Source of the DNA: Chthoniobacteraceae bacterium
GTDB lineage: Bacteria; Verrucomicrobiota; Verrucomicrobiia; Chthoniobacterales; Chthoniobacteraceae
Direction of reading: 5' to 3'
Assembly (NCBI GenBank): GCA_031409655.1
Contig: JANNXQ010000273.1
Location: forward strand, 29,766-93,765
DNA: 64,000 nt
Below the pieces are notes generated by a model that had not been told where the DNA came from, did not search any database, and saw nothing but the letters and a program-made list of their open reading frames with translations. Shown here in pieces: positions 29,063-39,605 of the stretch (position 1 is its first letter; each line of letters begins with the position of its first letter). The position numbers and the translations under genes are program-made.

Positions 29063-30799
29063 ATGGCCAAACTCCACCCCATCCTCCTCGCTGCAGCTTC
29101 GCTCTCCTTCAGTTCGGCGCTCGCCCAAGATCCTGCCCTCTCCAAGCCAGCCGCTCCTGCTCCCATCGAGCCGCCAGTGGCGGTGCCGGCCGCACCTCCC
29201 GCCGCACCTGAGCAAGTCGTCCCACCCGCAGCCCTCGAACCGGCCACAGCCCCGGATGGCACACCCATCGCACCCTCCGTTGGCGCAGCCGGTGATGCTT
29301 TACCTTCCTCGCGTTTGAATGACTTTCAAGGCGACCCCATCGACCTCGTACTCCGCACCCTGGCCCGCCAGGCCAAGATGAATATCGTCGTCAGCGATGC
29401 TGTCACTACGACCGCCGGCACGGTGAACATGCGCATCGAAGACAAGACGCCAAAGGAAGCCATCGAGATTATCGTGACCGCCAAAGGATTGGTGATGGAC
29501 GAACAGAAAGGCGTCTTCTTTATCAAAACCCTCGCCGAGCGCGCCAAGGAACCCACCGAGAGCGGGAGCTACACCCTGAGCTACGCCCAGGCAAAAGATG
29601 TCGTTACCTTACTCGGAGGGCAGATCCAAAGTGGCGTCGCTCCACAGTTCGACAACCGCACCAACACTGTCTATTACCGCGAAAACCGCTCGAATCTCGA
29701 AAAGGTGGATGATTTTTTGAAGTCGATTGATCGCCCGACCCAGCAAGTGATGATCGAAGCCAGGCTCGTGGAAGTAACCGCGAATCCCAAGCAGAGCTAC
29801 GGCATCAACTGGGCCGGGATCGTCGGGGGCGCCGCGTCACCGCAGACCTTCCGCTACGGTGGCAGCGATCCAGCCGAGGCTCCTTCTTACCAGATCATCG
29901 ATGGCGACCTCGTGGCCACCCCCGGCAAACCCGCCCAAGGGGCCTACAACGAAAGCAGCGGCACGCTGAAGGGCCGTGACTTCTTCCGCAATGGTTTGAC
30001 GGCCGGTGGTTTTGGCGACGCCCTCGCCGGTCAGTTCGCGATCCTTTCACTGCCTCAACTCTCCGCCACCTTGCGCCTCCTGAATGAAGATGCGGATGCG
30101 GAGTTCCTCGCCCATCCCCGCATCGTGACGGCGAACAACCAGAAGGCGGAGATCAAGATCACCCGCAGCCAACCCGTGCCGCAGCTTAACTTTAACGAAC
30201 AAACCGCGCAGGCTGTCTTCAGCGGATTTCAGGACAAGGAGTTCGGCAATACCCTGGTCGTAACGCCGTCGATTAACAAAGACGACTTTGTCACGCTTCA
30301 GGTGAAGCCGGAGATCAGCAATAAAGTGGGCGACGCCACCTTCAGCTTTGGTGGCGCGGTGGTGACCAGCCCCGTGATCGACAAGCGCACGCTCGACTCG
30401 AATGTCCTCATCAAAAGCGGCGACACCCTCGCCATCGGTGGCTTGCTCCAGGACGAACAAACCAAAGCCCGCACGAAGGTGCCAGTGATGGGTGATATCC
30501 CGATCCTGGGTTACCTCTTCCAGGAACGCATGAATCAACGCACGAAGCGCAACCTGCTCGTCTTCGTCACCCCGACCGTGATCAAGGAAGGTTACGGCAC
30601 CGGTCTCGAAACTCAGGTCAGCGGACTCAGCCACACCGGCGACGAATTTGCCGATCCGAACGGCTGGCGCAACAACGCCAAGGGCGCCAAGCGCCTCGTG
30701 CCATCTTCCCAGCGCGCACTCGCCGCAGACTATCCCAAGCCCGGCATCGCTCCCGCACCGAAGAAGGTAAAATACAAGGTCAACGCCTCGCCGCGCTAA
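29063..30799 (+). CDS. Outer-membrane secretin (PilQ/GspD family)
   Basis: Signal peptide; IDRPTQQVMIEARLVEV, PRIVTANNQKAEI, LVVTPSI, GDTLAIGGLL, KVPVMGDIPILGYLF, LLVFVTP. Confidence 0.92.
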   Translation: MAKLHPILLAAASLSFSSALAQDPALSKPAAPAPIEPPVAVPAAPPAAPEQVVPPAALEPATAPDGTPIAPSVGAAGDALPSSRLNDFQGDPIDLVLRTLARQAKMNIVVSDAVTTTAGTVNMRIEDKTPKEAIEIIVTAKGLVMDEQKGVFFIKTLAERAKEPTESGSYTLSYAQAKDVVTLLGGQIQSGVAPQFDNRTNTVYYRENRSNLEKVDDFLKSIDRPTQQVMIEARLVEVTANPKQSYGINWAGIVGGAASPQTFRYGGSDPAEAPSYQIIDGDLVATPGKPAQGAYNESSGTLKGRDFFRNGLTAGGFGDALAGQFAILSLPQLSATLRLLNEDADAEFLAHPRIVTANNQKAEIKITRSQPVPQLNFNEQTAQAVFSGFQDKEFGNTLVVTPSINKDDFVTLQVKPEISNKVGDATFSFGGAVVTSPVIDKRTLDSNVLIKSGDTLAIGGLLQDEQTKARTKVPVMGDIPILGYLFQERMNQRTKRNLLVFVTPTVIKEGYGTGLETQVSGLSHTGDEFADPNGWRNNAKGAKRLVPSSQRALAADYPKPGIAPAPKKVKYKVNASPR

Positions 30800-30859
30800 G
30801 CTTCACGGCGGCGCCGCCACGCCTTACAAGGGGGAAACCCCGGCGGCCGCTTTCCAATA

Positions 30860-30891
30860 AAACGCCGGCTCCGATCTCGGAGCCGGCGTTT
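30860..30891. terminator. Intrinsic terminator after the secretin gene
   Basis: Perfect stem AAACGCCGGCTCCGA-TC-TCGGAGCCGGCGTTT. Confidence 0.75.
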
Positions 30892-30991
30892 GGCTTTTGC
30901 AAGAGCACCTGCCAGCGCGGCAGGTTGCGGACTATCGAGTCTTGCCATGGAGCGCGGTTTCGGGCTTTCTCCTTTGAGTCCAGCCGCTCCC

Positions 30992-31552
30992 GTGGATCTA
31001 TCCCTCCTCTACTTCATTTGCTTTGGCGTTGGGCTGCTCTTTGCGGTCATCAGCGCGCTCTTTGCGGGGGTCTTTGGTGGCCACGATGGCGCGGCGCACG
31101 TGGATACAGCACACGCGGAAGCGGGCTTCGGGTCGCATGACATGCCGGGTTTTTCCGCACTAAGTCCCACGACGATCGCCTGCTTCATCACGGCTTTCGG
31201 TGGCTTTGGGATGATTCTCTCCAGGATCCCGGCACTCGCAAACCCATGGCTCAGCGCGCCCCTTTCGGCGATTGGGGGCGTCGCCGTAGCCGGCGCAGTG
31301 CTCGCACTTTTCCGGAAGGTCTTCCGCTCCACGCAGAGTTCGAGCGAAGGCCGCGTCGGCGATCTCGTTGGTCATCTGGCGACGGTTGAGACTCCAATCA
31401 CACCGCATGGCGTCGGCCAGATCAGCTACGTCCAGAGCGGCTCCCGCTACACCGCGCCAGCTCGTACCGAGCAGGATCGAGAACTTCCCACCGGCGCTAC
31501 GGTGCGCATCACCCGAGTCGTCGGGACCCAATTCTATGTTACCCATGATTGA
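30992..31552 (+). CDS. NfeD-like membrane protein
   Basis: Three TM helices plus OB-fold tail (LVGHLATVETPI..GQI...YTAPA...GATVRI); overlaps the flotillin gene. Confidence 0.82.
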   Translation: MDLSLLYFICFGVGLLFAVISALFAGVFGGHDGAAHVDTAHAEAGFGSHDMPGFSALSPTTIACFITAFGGFGMILSRIPALANPWLSAPLSAIGGVAVAGAVLALFRKVFRSTQSSSEGRVGDLVGHLATVETPITPHGVGQISYVQSGSRYTAPARTEQDRELPTGATVRITRVVGTQFYVTHD

Positions 31553-33086
31553 ACCCCACCTCGCAGCGCTCGGCGAATTCGCCGCCGCTGGCGCCGCCAT
31601 CCTCGGCATCCTTGTCGTCGTCTTCCTCTTCGCGGCGGTCTGGGCCAGTCGCTATACGAAGGTTGGCCCCAATGAAGTGCTCGTGGTTTCGGGCCGGAAG
31701 CATCGTTTCATTGATGTCGATGGCCAGACTCGGCTGCGCGGCTTCCGCATCGTGAAGGGTGGCGGCACCTTCATCGTGCCCGTGATCGAGAAGTCGGATA
31801 TCCTCTCCCTCGAACTCCTGACGATCGATGTCCAGACGCCGGAAGTTTATACCAGCAAAGGCGTGCCGGTGAAGGTGGACGGCGTGGCGCAGATCAAGGT
31901 GAAGGGCGACGACGTTTCGATTGCCACGGCCGCGGAGCAATTTCTCAGCAAGGCGGTGGACGAAATCAAAAACATTGCCACCCAGACGCTGGAAGGTCAC
32001 CTGCGCGCGATTCTCGGCACGATGACGGTCGAGGACATCTACCAGAATCGAGACCAGTTTGCGCAGAAGGTCCAGGAAGTGGCGGCTGGCGACATGGCTA
32101 ACATGGGGCTTGGCATCGTCAGCTTCACGATCCGCGACATCAAGGATTCGCAAGGCTACCTGGAAGCGCTGGGCAAACCGCGCATCGCCCAGGTGAAGCG
32201 CGACGCCCAGATCGCGCAAGCCGAGGCGGACCGCGATGCGATGATCAAAAGCTCGCAAGCGCAACAGTCCGGACAGGAGGCGAAATTCGCCGCCGACTCC
32301 AAGATCGCCGAGTCCAAGCGGGACTACGAATCGAACCTCGCGCAATACGCCGCGACGGTGAATCAGAAGAAGGCCGAGTCCGACCTCGCCTACGATCTGC
32401 AGAAGTTTAAGACGGGGCAACTCGTCAAGGCGGAGGAAGTACAGGTGCAGATCATCGAAAAGCAAAAACAGATCGAGCTGGGCCAGCAAGAAATCCTGCG
32501 CAAACAACGCGAACTCGAAGCCACGGTGCAGAAGCCCGCCGATGCCGAGCGTTACCGCGTCGAGACCCTCGCGAATGCGACCAAATACCAACTCGAGACC
32601 GAGGCCGCTGGCTCGGCGTCCGCCACGAAGGCGACAGGCTTTGCGAATGCGGATGTCGCCAAGGCCACCGGGATCGCGGAAGCCGAGGCCAATAAGGCCA
32701 AGGGTCTCGCCGAGGCCTCGATCATCGAAGCGCAAGGCAGCGCAACGGCGGAGGCCATGCGTTTGAAGGCGGAGTCCTACAAACAGTACAATGAGGCGGC
32801 CGTCATCGAACTCATCGTGCGCGTGCTCCCCGAGATCGCGGCGAAGGTGAGCGAGCCGCTTTCGAAGATGGAAAAGATGATCGTCATCAACAGCGGCGAC
32901 GGAGGCGGAGGCGCCAGCAAAGTCACCGGAGACATCGCCCAAATCGTTGCCCAGCTACCGCCCGTGCTGGAGAGCCTCACCGGGGTAAAGTTTGAGACCC
33001 TGATGAAGCAAGTGCCCGCCCTGCGCAAAGCCATGGCTCCCGAGCCGCCGGCCCCGCTCAGTGCGGAGCCGAAAGAAGGGGCGTGA
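31545..33086 (+). CDS. Flotillin (SPFH domain) family protein
   Basis: GPNEVLVVSG, GGGTFIVPVI, VYTSKGVPVKVDGVAQIK, LEGHLRAILGTMTVE, AEA-rich coiled coil. Confidence 0.95.
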   Translation: MIEPHLAALGEFAAAGAAILGILVVVFLFAAVWASRYTKVGPNEVLVVSGRKHRFIDVDGQTRLRGFRIVKGGGTFIVPVIEKSDILSLELLTIDVQTPEVYTSKGVPVKVDGVAQIKVKGDDVSIATAAEQFLSKAVDEIKNIATQTLEGHLRAILGTMTVEDIYQNRDQFAQKVQEVAAGDMANMGLGIVSFTIRDIKDSQGYLEALGKPRIAQVKRDAQIAQAEADRDAMIKSSQAQQSGQEAKFAADSKIAESKRDYESNLAQYAATVNQKKAESDLAYDLQKFKTGQLVKAEEVQVQIIEKQKQIELGQQEILRKQRELEATVQKPADAERYRVETLANATKYQLETEAAGSASATKATGFANADVAKATGIAEAEANKAKGLAEASIIEAQGSATAEAMRLKAESYKQYNEAAVIELIVRVLPEIAAKVSEPLSKMEKMIVINSGDGGGGASKVTGDIAQIVAQLPPVLESLTGVKFETLMKQVPALRKAMAPEPPAPLSAEPKEGA

Positions 33087-33114
33087 AGGGCCACGGACGA
33101 TCCGGCTCTGGTCT

Positions 33115-34257
33115 TCAGCGCGTGGCTTCTGCCGCCTCCGAATAGTATCCTTCGAGCAGGCGGGTCTGGGCGCCGATTTCAAAACGAACGCCCACCTGCC
33201 CTGCCGCAGCCGTGCTCATCGCGGCGTAACGGTGCGGGCCTTCCGCAAGGCCCGCCATTTCACGCGCCAGCGCCGCGTGATCCCGCTCCGCGACGAGCAA
33301 TCCACTCACGCCATGCTCGACCGCCTCGGGGATTCCACCGTGGTCTGTGGCGAGCACGGGCAGGCCGCTGGCCATGGCTTCGAGCATCGCGTTTGGAACC
33401 CCTTCCTGGTCGCCGTCCGAAGTAAGCTCGCTCGGGTGGAGGAAGAGATGCGCGGAGGCGGAGAGCGCGCGCAGTTTCTCCTGCGGCAGGAACCCAGCAA
33501 AAATCACGCGGTCGGCAATGCCGAGCGCAGCGGCGAGCGCTCGGAGGTCGGTTAGCTGCGGGCCTTCCCCAGCGATCGTGAAAGTCGCGCGCGGATGCTT
33601 TGCGGAAAAGTCCGCGAAAGCACGCAGGCTAGTGGCGAGACCCTTCTTCGGGATCAGCCGGCAGGCTTGCACGCAATGCCACGCGCCATCGGAGGGAGCA
33701 GTTCGCTGGGTGAAGAGAATTTCATCCAGCGGAAGGCCCGTGCGGTGGAGACGAATCTTTGCAGGATTGCAGCCGAGCGTGCGTAACTCGGCGCGGAGTG
33801 ATTCGGAGCGGACGAGCAGCAGCGTCGCTTTCTCCAACATCCTGCGCATCGGCGCGGGGTGCAGACCGACCCGCGCGTCGGCCCCATGAAAGGAGACGAC
33901 GACCGGGATGTCGCAGATTTCCAGCAACGGCAGGAGATGCACGCCGATGTGGCCAAAGTAGATGTGCAGAACCTTTGCCTCCGCCGCATGGAGCGCGGCG
34001 AGGATGCGGCGGGCTTCGCTGCGGTAGATGGTGATCGGCCGCTTGAGCATTTGCTTTTGCACGAACCGGCGGAACTGATGCGTGCGCGGCTTCGGGAGGA
34101 CGACGAGATCCTGGAACGGGAAGTCCGCCGCGTGCTCGCGCTTCTGGCAAAAGACCACTGGCCGGAAAGCCCGCAGCGCCGTGATCTGCCGGTAGATGTG
34201 GAGCATCTCCGGTTTGAGGAAAGTGACGACGTATTGGGCAGCGACGGGCGGGGCCAT
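33115..34257 (-). CDS. Family 4 glycosyltransferase (WcaL-like)
   Basis: SFHGAD, RLIPKKG, DGDQEGVPNAMLEAMASGLPV, HGGIPE. Confidence 0.9.
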   Translation of the reverse strand: MAPPVAAQYVVTFLKPEMLHIYRQITALRAFRPVVFCQKREHAADFPFQDLVVLPKPRTHQFRRFVQKQMLKRPITIYRSEARRILAALHAAEAKVLHIYFGHIGVHLLPLLEICDIPVVVSFHGADARVGLHPAPMRRMLEKATLLLVRSESLRAELRTLGCNPAKIRLHRTGLPLDEILFTQRTAPSDGAWHCVQACRLIPKKGLATSLRAFADFSAKHPRATFTIAGEGPQLTDLRALAAALGIADRVIFAGFLPQEKLRALSASAHLFLHPSELTSDGDQEGVPNAMLEAMASGLPVLATDHGGIPEAVEHGVSGLLVAERDHAALAREMAGLAEGPHRYAAMSTAAAGQVGVRFEIGAQTRLLEGYYSEAAEATR

Positions 34258-34327
34258 GGAGCGGCGTCACGCTGCGGCGGCGAATGCTGGCTTGTCGAGC
34301 CGGATGAACCCGACGAAAACCGGAGGT

Positions 34328-35299
34328 ATGGATTACCTCGAACGCGCCCGCCGGGTGATCGAACTCGAACTCACCGAAATCACGCGCCTGCGCGACCGGT
34401 TGGACGACTCGTTTGGCCGCGCCGTGGAAACCTTGCGAGAGAGCGTGGAAAAGCGCGGCAAGGTCGTCGTCTGCGGCGTGGGCAAGAGCGGACACATCGG
34501 CGAAAAAATCGCGGCCACGCTGACCAGCACGGGCTCACCGTCCGTCGTCCTGAACTCGCTGAACGCGCTGCATGGCGACCTCGGGGTGATCGCCGACGGC
34601 GACGTCATCCTCGCGCTGAGCTACAGCGGAGAGACGGATGAACTGATCAACATCCTCCCGGCCCTCGCGCGCTTCGACGTGAAGATCGTAGCGCTGACGG
34701 GCAACCCCAATTCCTTCCTCGCAAAAAACTGCCATGTGCATCTCGACGTGCGCGTCGAGCGCGAGGCCTGTCCGCTGGAACTCGCGCCCACATCCAGCAC
34801 CACGGCGATGCTCGTGCTCGGCGACGCGCTGGCGATGGTGCTGCTCGAGGCGCGCGGCTTCACGAAAGAAGATTTCGCCCGCTTCCATCCCGGTGGCCGA
34901 CTGGGTCGCACCCTCCTCCTGCGGGTGCAGCAGATCATGCGCGGACCGGAACAGATGGCCCTCGTCGCCCCCGCTTTGAGCATCCGCGAAGTGCTCCACG
35001 CCATGGCGCGGGCCCGCGCTGGTGCGGCCGTCGTGACGGTCCCGGGCGGCGCGCTCGCGGGCATCTTCACGCACGGAGATTTTGGCCGGCATTTTCAAAC
35101 GCACGCCGATCTGCTGGAGAAACCGGTCGGCGAATTCATGACGAAGAATCCGATCACCGTCCGTGGCGACAAACTCGCCGTGGAAGTGCTCAACATCCTC
35201 GAACGTCATCGCATCGACGACCTCGTCGTCGTCGATGAATCGACCACGCCAATCGGCGTCGTCGATTCGCAAGACCTCGCGCGCTTTCGGCTGATCTAA
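34328..35299 (+). CDS. kdsD: D-arabinose-5-phosphate isomerase (KpsF/GutQ; SIS + CBS)
   Basis: GVGKSGHIG, ATLTSTG, ALHGDLG, SYSGET, EACPLELAPTSST, FHPGGRLG. Confidence 0.93.
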   Translation: MDYLERARRVIELELTEITRLRDRLDDSFGRAVETLRESVEKRGKVVVCGVGKSGHIGEKIAATLTSTGSPSVVLNSLNALHGDLGVIADGDVILALSYSGETDELINILPALARFDVKIVALTGNPNSFLAKNCHVHLDVRVEREACPLELAPTSSTTAMLVLGDALAMVLLEARGFTKEDFARFHPGGRLGRTLLLRVQQIMRGPEQMALVAPALSIREVLHAMARARAGAAVVTVPGGALAGIFTHGDFGRHFQTHADLLEKPVGEFMTKNPITVRGDKLAVEVLNILERHRIDDLVVVDESTTPIGVVDSQDLARFRLI

Positions 35300-35309
35300 G
35301 TCTGCCGGC

Positions 35310-36611
35310 TTAGCCGATCAGCTCTTTGATCGGAGTGCCGTAGCGGACGATCATCACCGGGCGGCCGCTCGGCGTGTTGTATTCTTTCCGCGGGTCAACT
35401 CCGAGGGCGGTGTAGAAGGTGGCGGCGATGTCGTCAGGCGTGATCGCCTTGTCCTTCGGTCCTTCGCCCTTGGCATCGGATTCGCCGACGACCTGGCCGC
35501 CTTTCAGTCCGCCACCGGCGAGGAGCGAGAACATCGCGCGGGGATAGTGATCGCGACCGCCGCGCACATTGATCTTCGGCGTGCGGCCAAATTCGCCAGT
35601 CACGAAGACGAGCGTGGAATCGAGCATGCCCTTCAGGGCGAGCGCCTGGAAAAGGCCGCTGAGCCCGGCATCGAGGGTCGGAAGATTTTTGCCTTTCAGC
35701 TTGTTGAAATTGTCGTCGTGGGTGTCCCAGCCGCCGAGATTCACGGTCACAAACTTGACCCCATTTTCCACGAGCCGCGTCGCGAGCAGGCAGCTCTGGG
35801 AAAACGGATCGGCCGCGAAGAGCGAGGTGACGCCGGCGCTTTCGCGCGAAAGGTCAAAGGCTTCGCGGGCCTTTGGGGAGCGCATCATGGCGTAGGCTTT
35901 CTGCCCAAACTCATCCATGCCGGAGAGGATCTTGTCTTCCTGCGCGAAGTTACCAAACGCCGTGTCGTAACGCTTCACGAGGTTCTGCCGGCGGTCGATG
36001 TCTTCCATCGTCACGCCGCTCTGGAGCGCGAGGCCGCGGATGCGCATGGGCTGGCCGGGCTTGGGCGTTTCGCCGGTTTCAAAAGGGCCGTATTCGACGC
36101 CGAGATAACCAGTGGGATTATTCCCCTGACTCGGCACCGCCACGAAGCCTGGAAGCTCCGTGGGTGCGCCGAGCTCCTTGGTCACCACTGCGCCGTAACT
36201 AGGGAAGCTGAGCGAGGGCAGCGGACGATTTCCGGTGCCCATGTAGAGGGTGCCGAGTTCGTGCGCGGCGAGCGTGTGCGAGACGCCGCGGAGGATGGCG
36301 AACTTATCCGCGCATTGCGCGAGCTTCGGCAGATGTTCACTGATCTGCACGCCGTCCACATTCGTCGCGATGGGCTTGAATTCACCGCGGTGCGTGTCGG
36401 GCGCGTCGGGCTTCAGATCAAACGTATCCACGTGCGACGGTCCGCCGCCGAGACGGACGAAGATCGCGGCTTTCGCACGTCCCCGCCCCGCTCCAGCGGA
36501 TGCCTGGGCGAGGTATTGCGGGAGGCCGAGGCCGAGGCCAAAGCCGGTGATCGCGCCGATGCGGAGGAAATCGCGGCGGGCAATGCCGTCGCAGCAGGTG
36601 TAGGTGCTCAT
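35310..36611 (-). CDS. DUF1501 family protein (Tat-exported)
   Basis: ARRDFLRIG, GGPSHVDTFDLKP, GGWDTH, TGEFGRTP, GRDHYP. Confidence 0.9.
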   Translation of the reverse strand: MSTYTCCDGIARRDFLRIGAITGFGLGLGLPQYLAQASAGAGRGRAKAAIFVRLGGGPSHVDTFDLKPDAPDTHRGEFKPIATNVDGVQISEHLPKLAQCADKFAILRGVSHTLAAHELGTLYMGTGNRPLPSLSFPSYGAVVTKELGAPTELPGFVAVPSQGNNPTGYLGVEYGPFETGETPKPGQPMRIRGLALQSGVTMEDIDRRQNLVKRYDTAFGNFAQEDKILSGMDEFGQKAYAMMRSPKAREAFDLSRESAGVTSLFAADPFSQSCLLATRLVENGVKFVTVNLGGWDTHDDNFNKLKGKNLPTLDAGLSGLFQALALKGMLDSTLVFVTGEFGRTPKINVRGGRDHYPRAMFSLLAGGGLKGGQVVGESDAKGEGPKDKAITPDDIAATFYTALGVDPRKEYNTPSGRPVMIVRYGTPIKELIG

Positions 36612-36657
36612 GAGTTTGGTGTTCTGATTGGGTTGGGAGGTGTGGGTTTCGGAGGGC

Positions 36658-39459
36658 TCAGTGATTCACGATGAATTCGCGGGTGTTCAGCATGGCCCAG
36701 AGCAATTCGCGCAGGCCGTCAACGGGCGTCGCCGCGGCAGCGAGATCGGTCCTGGCCAGTTGGAATTCAGCCGCGGTGGGCAGCCGGCTGACGGTGCGGA
36801 GGAAGACATCCTCGATGGCACGATCGAAATCCACCGGCTTGCGGGTGATGGCGCGGGCCAGCTCGGCCTTGGTGCGGGCCGTGCGCTCGTCGAGTTCCTT
36901 GAGCTGAGCGTCATATTTCTGGCGCTCTTTCTCGGCGAGGAGCTGCTTCGCCTCGCGTTCCGTGCGCTGCTCCACGGTGCGGGCGCGGCTCGCTTCAAAT
37001 TTCGCCAACTCGGCCTGCAATCTCTCCGGCGTCGCCTCGGGGCTGCTCGCGCGGCGCATTTCCTCAATCCACCCGGAGCCGTCGCGCTTGGCGGAGTCCA
37101 GGAGGGTGAGAAGCGCGGGATCGTTCCGCGTGTAGATCGTCTGGAGCAGCGTCGGATCGCTGGTGCGCTCGCAGTCGCAGTTCGCGAGGCGGGCCGGTTT
37201 GCCAAAGGTATTAAGCGTGTAGCTGTCGCCGCCCTTGGTCTTGCCGCTGATGCTCGCATTCGGCCCGATGGCCCGGTTGTCGAGATCGGCGATGAATTTT
37301 TTCTGCCCGCTCTCCGAAGCCGTGGCCACGGCGATCGCGTCGAAGACCATCTCCGCAGGCAACCGGCGAATGAGGGCGTGGCTGAAATTCTTTTCATCGA
37401 GTTTGTTACTCGGGTTCGTTTTCCAGCTCCGCTGATAGGTGTCGCTGTTGACGACCTCGCGGTGCAGCCACTTCATGTCATAACCGCTGCGCACGAACCC
37501 AGCCGCCAGGTGATCCATCAGTTCGCTGTTCGACGGCGGGTTGGCGAGGTTCATGTCATCCGCAGGCTCGACGATCCCGCGGCCGAAATACACAGCCCAC
37601 ACGCGATTCACCCAGGCGCGGGCAAAGTAAGGGTTCTCCTTCGCGCGCAGCCAGTCCATGAGCGGGCCGCGCGGGTCGGGATACTTCGTCAGCATGACTT
37701 CGTCGCCCCCCAGAATCTTCGGAGTAAAGACGCGCCCGTCGAAGGTCGGATTTTTCTGCTTCAGTCGCGCTAGATCTTTCTCACTGAGCGGCTTTTTCTC
37801 CTTCGGCGGATTCACAAACACTTCCTGCCACGGGATGATTTCCCCGGCCTTGAGCAGCGCCTGAAGCTTGGACCGATACTCGTTGCGATTCTTCTGCGTC
37901 TTGCGGTCGTAACCGATCTCCTCCTGGAGCGATTTCGTGAGGCTCTCGTAGTTCATCGGGTCGTCCTTCACGCGCCGCCCGCCGTAGCTCACGGGCTCGA
38001 AGAACGCCTGGAACTGCTTAAAGTCCACCTGCGTCCACTGATCGAAAGGATGCTTGTGGCACTCTGCGCATTCGATGCGGACGCCGAGAAAGGTGTGGGC
38101 GAAAGCGAGCGCCTTCTCCTGCGGCTTGCGGACATTTTGCCGCTGCCAGAAATAGGGCATCGTCGCGCGCTCCGCAAAATCCACGCGGTTCTCATCGCGG
38201 AAATACGACGCCATTTCCTTGGCGTAGTCCTCGTAGCTTTGTTCGTCGTTTGAGCGTCCCGTCGCGAGGACGATGCCGGCGACCATCTGATCGTAGGGCT
38301 GATTCGCAGCCACCCGCTTGTGGAGCCAGTCATACCATTGCCGGGAGAAGCGATCGCTGAACTGGATCTCGCCCCCGTTATTGAGCTGACGCGGATTGTT
38401 GCCGGTAAAGTCGCACAGGAGCGTGGTCCACCATGCGGCGTAACCGGGCGTCTTCAGGAGCTCCTCCACCTTATTCGCGCGCTTGTCGGGCGCCTTGTCG
38501 GCGAGAAAGGCGCGGACTTGATCCGGGGTCGGTGGAGTCGCGGTGAGATCGAGACTCACCCGGCGGAAAAACTCGGCGTCGGTGCAGATCTCCGCTGGGA
38601 CGATGCCGGCCTTGCGGAGTTTATTGACCACCAGCGCATCCACCTTGGTGCGCGTCTTCACGGTCGGAAATTTCGCGCCGGTCTTTTCGCTCATCGGCAG
38701 CATCACGGGGATGGGTACGACGCCGTTGTCATAGAAAGCCACGATGTGGGTGTCGCCCTTCTCCTTGCACTCGACTTTGCCGGTGTCGGTGACATTCGCC
38801 ACGGACTCGTCGTTCGTGCGGAAGCGCGTGAGTTGGGTCACGTCCTCAGTCGTGCCGTCTTTCCAATGTGCCAGCACGCGGAGCTGGCGGGCGTCGCCGG
38901 GCTTGGCGAAGACGATCTCGCTCGGCTCGATCGTCAGGCGGTCGAAGTCCCCCGTCTCGACCGTGTCATTCCTGGCGCCGCCGCGAACCCACTTCAACAG
39001 GAGGTTGTATTCCCAGGAGCCTTTCTTGATCCGCTCCTTGCCCTTGTGTTTTTCCTCATTGGTCGCTTTCAGCAGGACGAGACTGTCCGTCGGATGCGCG
39101 GCATCCACGCGCGGTCCATTGTCTGACTCGCCATTGATCGCTTTGTGATCCTTGTCGAAATCGTAACCGAAGAGCGAAAGCTGGAAACCACCTTGCCCAC
39201 TAAACGACCCATGACATTCGCGACCGCTGCATCCCGAGCGACTCATGAGCGGGACGACGTGGCGGCGAAAGCTGGGATCTTCCGACTTCGCGAGATCACT
39301 CCAGCGCGCGGACGCCGGGGCTGGCGATGCCGCCTTTGCCGTCGGCGCCGGCTTCGCCCGCTGCAGCGTGAGACCGAAAGCGGCCAGTGGGACGAGTGCG
39401 AGACCGGCAAATACTGCCCTGCGGGAAAGTCCGCGACCCATTGATTGGAAAAGACGCAT
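36658..39459 (-). CDS. DUF1549/DUF1553 protein with Ig-like domain
   Basis: GCSGRECHGS, GGFQLSLFG, CAECHKHPFDQW, NPYFARAWVNRVW, WAMLNTREFIVNH. Confidence 0.88.
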   Translation of the reverse strand: MRLFQSMGRGLSRRAVFAGLALVPLAAFGLTLQRAKPAPTAKAASPAPASARWSDLAKSEDPSFRRHVVPLMSRSGCSGRECHGSFSGQGGFQLSLFGYDFDKDHKAINGESDNGPRVDAAHPTDSLVLLKATNEEKHKGKERIKKGSWEYNLLLKWVRGGARNDTVETGDFDRLTIEPSEIVFAKPGDARQLRVLAHWKDGTTEDVTQLTRFRTNDESVANVTDTGKVECKEKGDTHIVAFYDNGVVPIPVMLPMSEKTGAKFPTVKTRTKVDALVVNKLRKAGIVPAEICTDAEFFRRVSLDLTATPPTPDQVRAFLADKAPDKRANKVEELLKTPGYAAWWTTLLCDFTGNNPRQLNNGGEIQFSDRFSRQWYDWLHKRVAANQPYDQMVAGIVLATGRSNDEQSYEDYAKEMASYFRDENRVDFAERATMPYFWQRQNVRKPQEKALAFAHTFLGVRIECAECHKHPFDQWTQVDFKQFQAFFEPVSYGGRRVKDDPMNYESLTKSLQEEIGYDRKTQKNRNEYRSKLQALLKAGEIIPWQEVFVNPPKEKKPLSEKDLARLKQKNPTFDGRVFTPKILGGDEVMLTKYPDPRGPLMDWLRAKENPYFARAWVNRVWAVYFGRGIVEPADDMNLANPPSNSELMDHLAAGFVRSGYDMKWLHREVVNSDTYQRSWKTNPSNKLDEKNFSHALIRRLPAEMVFDAIAVATASESGQKKFIADLDNRAIGPNASISGKTKGGDSYTLNTFGKPARLANCDCERTSDPTLLQTIYTRNDPALLTLLDSAKRDGSGWIEEMRRASSPEATPERLQAELAKFEASRARTVEQRTEREAKQLLAEKERQKYDAQLKELDERTARTKAELARAITRKPVDFDRAIEDVFLRTVSRLPTAAEFQLARTDLAAAATPVDGLRELLWAMLNTREFIVNH

Positions 39460-39605
39460 GAAAGGAGTTCTTGGGGTGGAAACGTCGAACACCGACGCAC
39501 CCGAGAAAAGCATCGTCCATGCGAGGAGTTAGTCGCTTTTTTCCGATAATAGTTACACCAGCCGCCCCGCCGAAATCTCCCTCCCTGTGAACTAACCCAC
39601 CCCGC

